Shown piece after piece: positions 12,249-23,099 of a stretch of DNA of 64,000 bases; positions within the stretch are counted from its first letter, which is position 1; the number at the start of each line of letters is the position of its first letter. The notes below the pieces were generated by a model. It was not told the DNA's origin. It was given only the letters and a program-made list of their open reading frames with translations, and made no database searches. The stretch spans positions 98,890,001 through 98,954,000 of the forward strand of contig NC_059429.1 in NCBI RefSeq assembly GCF_021028975.2, read 5' to 3'. This DNA comes from Sphaerodactylus townsendi. Taxonomy: Eukaryota. The position numbers were made by a program, and so were the translations under genes.

Positions 12249-13018
12249 AGTTCCATGGGAATGTCAACTCAATGCATGGCAGCTGTGAAAAAGCAAACTC
12301 TATGCTGGGGATAATTAGGAAAGGAATTGAGAATAAAACTGCAAAGATTGTCATGCCCTTATATAAAGCAGTGGTGCGACCGCACTTGGAGTACTGTGTT
12401 CAGTTCTGGTCGCCACATCTCAAAAAGGATATTGAGGAGATAGAAAAAGTGCAGAGAAGGGCAACAAGGATGATTGAGGGACTGGAGCACCTTCCCTATG
12501 AGGAGAGGCTGCAGCGTTTGGGACTCTTTATTTTGGAGAGGAGACGGCTGAGGGGGGATATGATTGAAGTCTATAAAATTATGCATGGGGTAGAAAATGT
12601 TGACAGAGAGAAATTTTTCTCTCTTTCTCACAATACTAGAACCAGGGAGCATACATTGAAAATGCTGGGGGGAAGAATTAGGACTAATAAAAGGAAACAC
12701 TTCTTCACGCAACGGGTGATTGGTGTTTGGAATATGTTGCCACAGGAGGTGGTGATGGCCACTAACCTGGATAGCTTTAAAAGGGGCTTGGACAGATTTA
12801 TGGAGAAGTTGATTTATGGCTACCAATCTTGATCCTCTTTGATCTGAGATTGCAAATGCCTTAACAGTCCAGGTGCTCAGGAGCAACAGCCACAGAAGGC
12901 CATTGCTTTCACATCCTACATGTGAGCTCCCAAAGGCACCTGGTGGGCCACTGCGAGTAGCAGAGAGCTGGACTAGATGGACTCTGGTCTGATCCAGCTG
13001 GCTTGTTCTTATGTTCTT
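12249..13018 (+). mobile_element. CR1 LINE, 3' part of the interrupted host copy
   Basis: ORF2 C-terminus LYKAVVRPHLEYCVQFWSP..., 3' UTR hairpin GCTGGACTAGATGGACTCTGGTCTGATCCAGC, tail TTCTTATGTTCTT. Confidence 0.95.
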
Positions 13019-13539
13019 GAATGTGATGACATTACTTCTGATGTCATAGTGACAGTGGGTACCTCTAGAAATTGCTGGAAACTCACAGCAGTGGGAAACA
13101 AGGCTCTGCCTCCATTCTCCTCTCTTTTAGTTACAGAAACCAATGGTTGAAGGTTGGCAATACTGTTGTGGTTGCCCAGCAATGGCCACAGAAGACATTA
13201 AACCTACAAGCATTGCCTCTGTTATTTGGGAGGGGGAATTAACTCCAAAGCATTTTTAATATTTTTATTGGTTGATTTTGTTGGTTGAGATGTAAACTGT
13301 AAATTAATAAAATGCAACTAGAAATATAGGATTAATGTTCACAGTTATTTATTTATTTTTAAACCAGGACGGAGCAACACTGGTGTAATTCCATGTCCAT
13401 TTTTTGCAGATTTTATTTCCAAGTAAATATGAAAGGAATCAGAACAAAAAGCTCCCAAATCGGCCACCAATTTAGATTCCAACAACAGCCAGCGAGAAGG
13501 TTGTCGCAAACAAACGTACCATCTAAAGTGCCAATCACA

Positions 13540-14200
13540 AAGGCTCCACACGAGGGCGCTCTTGGAGTCCAATGGAAAGAGAGAGGGACCCTTATAGGCC
13601 ATTGCCGGAAGTGTAGCTACTACACAATCATGTGACTTTGGAATCCCAAAACGGAAGGAGCTTCTGAGCGGGGGGGGGGACGTTTCCGGTTCTGTTACCG
13701 CCGCCGCTTGTTGGAGACGCCGCCGGTGGTGCCCACTCCTGTCTTTGCGGGATGTAGCAACGAGGGCAGCCCGGTATGTTTTAGAACGAAATACCTTGGG
13801 GCCAGTCTTGTTCCTGCGGCGACCTTCTTGACTGGTCCGCTCCGCATCCGGGGTGGGGGGGAGGGTTGCCGTTTGGGGGTTGATTCACCGGCGGCCACAC
13901 GGCAGGGGGCCGTCAGTAAGTGAGGTGGTCTGGGACGGAGCCCCCGTGTTGCTCCACTCTTCGTGGTCAGGGGCAAGTGGGCGTCGTGCTTTCCCCCGCG
14001 GGTGGGCGATATTGTCCCTGTGCAGCTCACTTGGTCTTTAATCCTGCGGATAAGGAGCTTATGGTGGCACAATTAGTTGCCACCTAAAGTGTTGCGTGTT
14101 GTGCTTCTGTTCTGCTTGATGTTCGCCGGGCTTCGAACCCGGGCTCTGTGATCCTGCACGCTTCTTTTTTAGCACCTACCAGTGGGATCCGAGATGAAGT
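13540..14200 (+). promoter_or_regulatory. ADIPOR1: CpG-island promoter of ADIPOR1
   Basis: Sharp local CpG enrichment; CCAAT at 13569-13573; ETS/GABP site CCGGAAGT at 13605-13612 and TTCCGG near 13684. It is the only CpG island upstream of the ATG exon, which starts with a splice acceptor. Confidence 0.8.
13685..13773 (+). other. ADIPOR1: ADIPOR1 putative non-coding exon 1 (start approximate)
   Basis: Donor CCG|GTATGT at 13774 inside the CpG island, just downstream of the ETS sites. Confidence 0.65.
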
Positions 14201-15102
14201 ATGCGCAGGTAACAGCAAATTGGGCTTCCTTCCCACTCTTCCATTAGCAAAACTACTGTGGATGCTGGCGTCTTCAAATCCACACAGCCCATTTTAAATT
14301 GCATTTTAATCATATGATTTGTCAACATACCTGCCTGCCCTTTTAATTTAGCTTGTTTAAAGCGATTGGTGGCTGATACTATAGTGGTTATGTGACCTCA
14401 TTGTTAAACAGGTGTCTGAATTTACTGTGCCTGACTGGCTCAGTGGGAAGAAAATTTAGGGAGAAGTGTGTTTTTCCTGTTTCTACATCTAAGGGAAATG
14501 TGAGGTCAATTACTGGCAGTTTCAACATTTGGTTAATGGATGGGGAAGTTAATTTCAGCAAGGGAAGTATTTTTATGCATGAACAGTTTTTTGTAGTTGC
14601 AAACACATGAGCTATATTTTTGAATCCTCTGTTGCACTGCATGTTTCAATCTGCATAGCAAAATATGAGTGGAAATTTGAGAGTTCAAATGATTTTGCCT
14701 CACGTAATGAAGAAGCTGTCAAATAAAGGTAATTTGCAAGGAAGTTAGAAAGAATATATAGCACATAAATGATTCAGTTTTTCAATGCAAAGAGGCCACG
14801 TACAGAGGTACCATTAAACTAGAACATCTTTTCTATTAAACAACTATTAGTTTAAGATGTGTACTTAGATGTTACAGGAGGATAATTGATGGTGGTTTTC
14901 ATGTTGCTTCTGAGGAACATGTATTTAAGGCATATGAAATAAAATGTTGGAAGGAATGAAATTAGAATGCTGTTACCTAAATTATGGAAAGTACTAGAAA
15001 GAAATTTCCATCCTTGCGGGTGTTTACTGTTATGCCTTTTATTTCTTATATGATGATGATTGCACTGTGTAGTTAAGGAGAGTGTGATTTCTGCTCCATT
15101 TT

Positions 15103-15441
15103 TCATAAAAATCATACAGTTGGAAGAGACCACAAGAGCCATTGAGTCCAACCCCCTGCCATGCAAGAATATGCAATCAAAGCATCCTCCAGCCTCTGTG
15201 TAAAAACCTCCAAGGAAGGAGACTCCACCACATTCCAAGGCAGTGTATTCCACTGTCAAACAGCCTTACTGTCAGGAAGTTCTTCTTAATGTTTAGGTGG
15301 AATTTATTTTCTCTTTGTTTGAATCCATTACTCCTTGACTTAGTCTCTCAAGCAGCAGAAAACAAGCTTTCCCCCTTTTCAACATGACATCCCTTCAAAT
15401 ATTTAAACATAGCTATCATGTCATCCCTTAACCTTCCCTTC
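15103..15441 (-). mobile_element. CR1 LINE 3' fragment
   Basis: Reverse complement of the same CR1 3' end as 4543-5010. Confidence 0.9.
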
Positions 15442-17156
15442 AGTTTTCTTTAAAGCTATTCTGGGGGGAAAGAACCATCTATTAACTTGAGAATATACTC
15501 TGGTAACCTCTGTAAAATGACAGGCTGGATTTCAAATGTCCTCAAAGTTGCTTGAATCTGTAATTTGACCTCAGATTGGTTTCAAGAGGCAATTAGAGCC
15601 CAGAAATGTAAGGCTTTAATGTTTTTCCTTCAGTTGGATAACTAAGCTGTTCATGAAAAGGGGTGGGGGTGTACAGGAACTGCTTGTGCTATAATTCAAG
15701 AAAGGGGGTGCTCTCTCACTGAAGATAGTTCTTTTGCATTAGCCCACATGGTGGCTTTTGAGTGGTCTTCTAAGTTCTCTTGCCTAGTAACTAGCATAGG
15801 AATTTCTTGTAGTTTGGAGATCTTTGTTCAAATCTTTTGCTCACCATTAGAGAAGCTAAAAAACACCAGTTTTGTGATAGAACTTTGTTTGTGGTCAACA
15901 AAATAAGGGACCTGAATTTACCTCTCCCCAAATAGGCCTTCTAATTCTTCATTATAGCATCTGTATTTATTCCGTGTATAGTTTAAAATATTGCATTGTA
16001 GCAGGTAGAAAGCTTTAACTGGTAATATTGAATTTGCAGGAAGTCCCTGCGTGCAGGGGGGAGCTTCATGAAATTAAGACACCTCTAAAAGTTTGAGTAT
16101 AGTACTATCTTAAATTTAGTCAGTATTAAAAACCATCAATTTTTACACTGTATTTTATTTTACTTAAATAAAAGTAGATTGGCCTCAAAGACTGCAACTA
16201 CTGCTATAGAAGTTCTAGTAGTTTTCAGTTGGATTCCGGTGACCTCTGTTGTCGTTTGGATGCATCTCCGGGATTCCTTATGAGAAAATATGTACTAGAA
16301 GACTATCGTGAATGATAACTTGACTACAATCTTGTCTGCAATTGATAGCCACAGACATTTTCCATTCATGCAGGGCAACAGTGGAATCCATCAGGTCTAG
16401 TCTATACTATGTGTGAATTGCTTGCCTTAAAATGCATCACAGAATCTTATTGTTTGGCTGATTATTGATGGTGTAGAGATGGGTCCTTGAAAGCAAATTG
16501 TTTGAAAACCACTGCTGAGAACTGCTGCCTTGCAAGCATATGGGTGCCAGGTAGAGCCATAAAACTCCTGGACTTTTTTTTAAAGCAGGGGTCTGTGTCT
16601 GTGTATATTCTGTTTCGTTTTCAGAAAAAATGAGATTATGCAATATTGAAAAATCTATGCTTATTTAACTAGTTTTTAACTAGTTTAGCATAAAATGTAA
16701 GTATAATTTTAACACACAAAACTGTACTGTTTAATATATTTAGGACCTTTAAAAGAATGCCTGCTTTTTGTCAGCAACATTGCAAACTGTTGTACCCTTA
16801 CTTTAACATATGTCCTTGCCATTGGATCTGTAAGAAAACATCGGTATTGCAGTAAGCAAAAGAAAGTGTAGGCTTTGATAGAATGAAACAAAAGACTAGT
16901 AGCACCTTAAACAGTATCAGCATTTGAGGCAGAAATAGTCTCATATGCTCATAGTAGGGCTGGCTATAGATGAGTGCTGAGTTCATGTTAAATGTTTTTA
17001 ATGTTATAATATTTAAGAGGATATCATATGAGTATATCAATTATTGGCAAAATTAGACACATTTAAACAATGAATATATCCTAGAAAATATTGGATATGT
17101 CTATTGTATAAACTGGAGTTATCATTCTTTAATACAGTAGAGTGTTTTTCTACATG

Positions 17157-17350
17157 TTTATTCATTTATATTTCAAATTTGGATCCCGCCCTGTCCCCGC
17201 AGGGCTCAGGGCAAGTCACAACAATTAATAAATACAATCCATAAAAATGTTTAAAATAGAGCTATACAAAAATTAAAACAATAATACAGTAACGCCTAAT
17301 AACAATATACACAACAGGAGTATTACAAAAATAGATGGCAACGTAATCCC
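17157..17350 (-). mobile_element. L2-type 3' terminus
   Basis: TTTATTCATTTAT...TCCCGCCCTGTCCCCGCAGGGCTCAGGGC...ACAA followed by an A-rich tract. Confidence 0.6.
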
Positions 17351-18348
17351 TTCCAACTCACTCTGTTTCCCCTCCTCCCTGGGTCCATCAGTGCTCAAGG
17401 CCTTCGTACTGTACACTGAGTAAAGCTTTTTTTATCAGGCAGCCCCAAACAAGGCTTCAGGTGTCGAGAAGCCCCCACTGGGCTTAACAGACTTACGCCA
17501 CCCAAAAGGGTGCCATACGTCTGAGATCCCAGTCGCTGGTGTAAGATTCCAAATGACCAACTAATGGCCATGCCCCTGGCCCACCCCTGCAGCAGATGAA
17601 GCAGGAGTGCTGAGATGCTGCCACGCTGTCCCGGTGTCAGGGAGGGCCGTGGTGGCCGTGCATGCCAGCTATTTTGCCCTTTCACAGGGATAAGTGCCCC
17701 GGGGAGGGCAAATTTGCTGGAACAGCCATGCACCACTCCCACAGGTGGATTCGTGTCACCCCACCCCCCCACCCCCGGATGGGGCTCTTAAGCATTTCAC
17801 TCATTCTAAAAGAGGCTGCTTTTCCAGTGCTCCCTGTTTTTCCATTGGAAATACTGAAAAAGCCAGCCATGGGTGAGAGAGACAACACCCCACTCTTCAT
17901 TTTTCAGGATGTTTTGGTCCTTCACATTAAGGGTGAGGAACAGTGCTTTGAATTAACCTTTGGAACAGGACTTCACCCAAGTGCTCGCAGACCACACATT
18001 AGTGGTTGGGCCTATTTTTGGTAGCTGTAAAACAAGTTTTTCTTAGCTCTCACCTCTCCATGTGTTGGGGACCTTAAATTTGACAGGTTGACTCGAAGTG
18101 TCTGGATTTTAGACCCACTAGTTCTGGGGGAAAAAATAGAATCAGCAGTGTGAGCAAGCCGTTGAGCTCTTGGAAACAACCTCCCCCTTTTCTTTGTCTT
18201 TCTTCCATTTTCTTTGTTTTATCTTTTCCTCTTTGTTTCTTATTTTTTTGATAATAAGGATTAACCTTTGGAATGTACAAGCAGCAATGTAACATTATTT
18301 TAAGAAGCGTAATATGTTTCTAGCTTACCCTAAAATAGTTCAGTGATA

Positions 18349-18452
18349 TGTACTGTTGAAGGCTTTCACAGCCAGATTCAACTGGTTTTGGAGGATTTTC
18401 CGGGCTGTGTGGCCATGGTACCGCCACACAGCCCGGAAAACCCTCCAGAACC
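18349..18452 (-). mobile_element. Short Penelope-like insertion with inverted arm (hairpin)
   Basis: Arms TTTTCCGGGCTGTGTGGC / GCCACACAGCCCGGAAAA; direct repeat AGTTCAGTGATA at 18337-18348 and 18453-18464. Confidence 0.75.
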
Positions 18453-18789
18453 AGTTCAGTGATAGTCTGTAACTCATAGAGAGCCACATCTACAATTCCC
18501 ATCAGCCAAAAGAACTGTATGACTTGTATGCCACTTCACTAAAGATACAGAATATTGAAGACATAACTATTATTATTTAATACATCATATTTAATTATTA
18601 GAATATCTCTGAGCATTGTTGAGTTTCTCTCCCTATACTGTTAAACCAGCCCTTGTGTATCTGGAGTGAAGGGGAAGGCTTGTGAGTCAGTTATGACACA
18701 AAACAGTATGCAAAAGTTCACTTTCTACGGGACATTAGGCAGTATGTAGCCAAATCCTTTTTACATTGAAATTCCAACCTAGGAATCAG

Positions 18790-19200
18790 ATACTCCCAAA
18801 ATGTCCTCAGAAGTTGGCTGGATACGACTTAGCTGGCTCAGTTGTAATGGAAAAGTATTGTTTTTCCATTGCTGCCACCCCCAACTGGTAGACTGTCCAA
18901 TATGCTCCATAGCAAAGCATCATATTCAGACCATATTCTCTGATGATGATGTCCTAGTCATCTTCCAGCCTATTTCAGTTCCCAACTCCATACTGAATTG
19001 GGGATGTGTGTTCCTTCATGAGGGTGAAAGGGTAGTAGCAAGCTACCTTGTGTGCTGCCCCTGGAGTCCAGTATTCCAGCCTCCTGTGAAGTCATCAGAG
19101 TTACCGTTTGGGCTGTCAGAATCCCCCACAACATCTTGTAAACCAAGCAGGTCTATCTACCTCCATAATTGGACTGTCCAGATTGATCCACCACCACTGC
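18790..19200 (-). mobile_element. Highly decayed L2 ORF2 fragment
   Basis: Minus frame VYQLGVAAMEKQYFSITTEPAKSYPANF resembles TYQVAVRGAKRAYFSSIIASSSSRPTELF of the L2 at 23.8 kb; many stops. Confidence 0.5.
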
Positions 19201-20353
19201 AGGTGCTGAGTGCCACAACTAAGAAGGCATGGCTAAGTAGCATGCAGAAGGTCCCAGGCTCAATCCGCAGCATATCTAGTTAAAGGAAATAGATAGTGAT
19301 TGCTGCCAGTCAGTCTGCAATACTGATGATCTTGGATAATGACCTGGTAAGGCAGCTTCATATGTTGAGATGACAATGATCTGACTGGATGGATGTCCAT
19401 CCCTCTCTTCAGGTCACTATAGTCCCGGTTAGCCCAAAAAAGTGAAATCCAGTATGGCGTTTTTCACATATTGGGCCCATGATCCTTGGGGACAGGCCCA
19501 TAATAGCCATGGCTGCCTTAAAACCCTGAGTTTGGCTTGCCAAAGGATCCTCCTCCATATGGATGTTGTAGGTGTTCAGGACAGTGAGCTCAGGGAGGGG
19601 GGCAGCTCTAACACCAGGCTGGAAATCAACTCTGCTGTTGTTGGTAAACTAGGGTGACAGTATAGCAGCAGGATGCCTAATCGATCCCTGGAACCCAGCA
19701 CAAGTCAAGTCTGACAAAAGTTCTCAGCAGGAGTCTGCAGTTGGAGTCATGGAGGACTATGTCTTCACACAGTGGTAGCTAGCCTTTTTGGTATGGTGAC
19801 CCACAAGTCCAGTTTTACTTCACATGTTAACCTATCCAGAACTGACCTAAGGTATTTCTGGCACTGTAGGTGTATTATGATCTTCTCATCTATCTATTCC
19901 AACATTCCATCTTCTGTAGTGCCCAACCAGATGTTTTTGAGAAACCAGCGAACATCACAGAAAGGGCACAGCTGCCTCCTCTGTGAACCCCAAGCAAGAG
20001 GCATTCTTAAGTACACAACCTTTACATATGACAGTTACATCGCATATGGAGACATTTGACCACCCTGTCATTCTCCATCTAATTCCCTCTAAGAAACTAT
20101 CTAGTAACCATTAGGGCACATTTTATTTGATTCTTAATCAACGTGCATGTGCAGTGAAGAAAAAATACTGACAAATGTACAATACAGAAGAGACTGTTTC
20201 CAGGGTCAGACCCTGTAGGTCAGAGCTTTGCTTCAAAGTGAGTGCTGAAATTGTTTCTTTTAGGAACCACTTCATGCATAATGATTTTTGTACAGAAGTA
20301 TTGTTCCACATTGGAAAGTATGTATATATACACATTTCATTTATAGTCTAATA

Positions 20354-20486
20354 CAGGGGTCTGGAGCCTGCGGCTCTCCAGATGTTCATGGACTACAATT
20401 CCCATCAGCCCCTGCCACCATGGCTAAATGGCTGATGGGAATTGTAGTCCATGAACATCTGGAGAGCCGCGGGTTGCAGACCCCTG
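20354..20486. mobile_element. Palindromic hAT MITE, 133 bp
   Basis: TIR CAGGGGTCTG / CAGACCCCTG; near-perfect hairpin; perfect 8-bp TSD GTCTAATA (20346-20353, 20487-20494). Confidence 0.93.
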
Positions 20487-20632
20487 GTCTAATATAATAG
20501 TTGGCTTATTGAGATAGCAGCATTGGTTGCATTTGTCACAAATTGTAGGGTATATTCTTTTATTTAGAAAGTAGAAATACCAATTATGGTAAATCGCATA
20601 CAGTGCAAGGGGCTTAGCAGTGTACAAGCTGA

Positions 20633-20941
20633 GAAAGAAGAAGAGGAGGAGGAGTTTGGATTTATGTCTCCCCTTTCTCTCCTGTAGGTCACTCAAAGAG
20701 GCTTACAATCTCCTTGCCCTTCCTCCCTCACAACAAATACCCTGTGAGGTGGGTGGGGCTGAGAGAGCTCCGAAAAGCTGTGACTAGCCCAAGGTCACCC
20801 AGCTGGCATGTGTGGGAGTGCACAGGCTAAACCGAATTCCCCAGATAAGCCTCCACAGCTCAAGCGGCAGAGCAGGGAATCAAACCCGGTTCCTCCAGAT
20901 TAGAATGCACCTGCTCTTAACCACTACGCCACTTCTGCTTC
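20633..20941 (-). mobile_element. Squam3-type tRNA-derived SINE, full length
   Basis: Minus-strand A-box TGGCGTAGTGG, B-box GGTTTGATTCC, (TTC/TCC)n tail; closely similar copies at 32494, 49522 and 63646. Confidence 0.88.
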
Positions 20942-21798
20942 TTAGAAAGATGTCTAAGTTTCCATCTAAACTTAGAAGACATAGTTCTTTTACCACTGGG
21001 TAAGAACCACCATTCACGGAAGAGTAGATGCTATTCGCCAGTTGTTTTGCATACTTCTCTTTTTCTCCTGCTCTGGTTTTTCCCTGGCATGTTCAATAGC
21101 TCCCACCTGCTCTCCAGCCTTCTTTCCCCTCCTCCCAGCTGCTGTCCTTACTAGTTGCCAGACAGCTTTCCCCCTCATCAGTATAACAATGAAGGAGGAA
21201 GAGGTGAGAATGAGAAACTGACAAGAGAAAGAGAAGGAATCAAAGGAGCTGCCATTAAGGAGGACTTGCCTATGACCCACTTCTGGGACTGACCCATAAG
21301 CTGAGAAACACAGACTTAATACCCACCCACCCCATCCTCCAGTTCATGGATTTGATAAAGAACAAATTTAGTGGCAAGACCTCATTGCAGGGGAAGATGA
21401 ATAGTAGAAGAATTACTGTGTTCCTTTTAGGTAAGTCAAGAGCAGAGGGAATCTAAGGCCACACTCTGATGAATTACCAGAGCTGGAGGAGGGGTGGCCA
21501 GTGAAGGCAGGGCTCCTCCTGAAACAGAAAAGTGATATGTTTTCAAGGCAAGGGGAGGAATCTCAGAAGAGCCACCATATTTAGGTCGTCAACCTGTTAC
21601 TGGCACTCCTGGTCTTCCTGGCTTCAAGTGACCAAGAGGCTGAGGTGTCACATGAGTGAGTACCTGAACCTTCTGGAGTTTAATTGCTTTATTACAGCAC
21701 CATTGAGAGCTGCATGAACTGGACTCACCATCATGTCCTGAGGAATTTTCCTTTCTCTTGTAAACATTTTAATTTTTTTTGCTGTTGTAACATATAGC

Positions 21799-21830
21799 CT
21801 GATGAAGAGTTCTGGGGAACTCAAAATCTT
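21799..21830 (+). other. Degenerate minimal hammerhead-ribozyme motif (Penelope-like remnant)
   Basis: CTGATGA-A-GAGTTC-tggg-GAACTC-AAAA-TCTT: first core box and a perfect 6-bp stem II, but GAAA is mutated to AAAA. Confidence 0.55.
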
Positions 21831-23099
21831 GTACATCATTGGTTGATCATAGTAGCAAGCTATTATATGGACTTTGTTCTGTGTTATTGGATATTACTTG
21901 TTACTGTGTTATTGGATATTACTTGAGATAGACATACCATCATCCAGCCATATTTCAGTTATATACACCAGATAAATAATAAGCCCTATTGGGTTTTGGG
22001 CAACCTGTGTGCGAACAGAAGGACAGTGGAGGAGAAGACTGATAATTGCGAGCAAGTTTTTGTTGGCAGTCCACAAACTTCCTCCAGTGCTTCATTTTAA
22101 AGAAAAGTACCCCTGTTTAAGAAAGGGTGTACTTGATTCTGTTGCATACTTAGTGGATATGGTTGCTCATACAGATTGTCCAGTAACTCTTACACCCATG
22201 GGCATTTGCTGTAGAGAACTTCCATTCTGAGATGACAGTACACTCTTACAGTAAAAACTGGCATAAGCAAAATTATTTTGGGAACATTTTCTGTAGGCTT
22301 TCAGTAGGTTTTGGAAATGACAGTAGTTCTTGTTTTACAGAGCTGCATGAGAAGATATGTTAAGGAAGTATTTGTGAATAGTTGCAACTGAGTCATAGCC
22401 AAACATAGATGGGTCAGTTTTAAGTTTTTTTAAAAGAAAATTTCTGAATTGTGGAATTCCTACTTCTAGGCTTTGCAGAGCTGGAATGGCAAGCTAGGCG
22501 GAAGTGTGAGCTGGTATCCTGCAAAGTACATCATTTTCTCCTAACAATTTGGAGGTAACTAATTCTTTTCCCATTTCCTGTTATGCTTTGATTTGTTCCT
22601 AGTGTCTGGGTTCTAATAGTGGTCCTCTCAGCTTGAGTGCTCCCCCCTCCCCCCAGTTAGCTGAGGCTAAATAAGTTCTGTGATGCTGATGAGCAGGGCT
22701 GGCATTATAAATCAGTCGTTTTGACTTATGAATCCTGCCAGTGACTTTTAGACCACAGGGCAGTTATCCCTTGGTCCATATTTACAGTTCAATCATAGTG
22801 TTGTTTCAGTCTTACTTATTAACTGCTATGGATTTAGAATGGGGTAACTCTACATAGATTGCATTCAAATTTGTTGAGATTTAGGCTGCATATTTTAGTT
22901 GCTAATTTTGTGTTTTAAACAATTTTGTGTTTTAAAATCCCAGAATTTTGCAGTCTGCTTTAGCTCAAGGTTCAGCAATCAATTAAAGTTAAAAGTCCTT
23001 TTAATATACTCATATCCTATGCAGTGCGTGGTTTTCCCCATAGTCTCTGATTTCTGTTGCTTCCTGCCATTCATGAAATCTGTCAGGGTGATGGCACTA

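Noticed and set aside
11707-12354. 215-aa ORF with RT motifs, the longest in the track
   Set aside because: A chimera across the junction of two truncated CR1 copies; frameshifted; not a gene or an autonomous element.
12359-12886. 175-aa minus ORF and its twins at 11136-11666
   Set aside because: Antisense shadows of CR1 ORF2.
14300-14820. AGGTCA half-sites and forkhead-like words in ADIPOR1 intron 1
   Set aside because: Short motifs expected by chance; no conservation data available.
18801-19283. 160-aa plus-strand ORF in ADIPOR1 intron 1
   Set aside because: No recognisable domain; lies antisense to a decayed L2 fragment.
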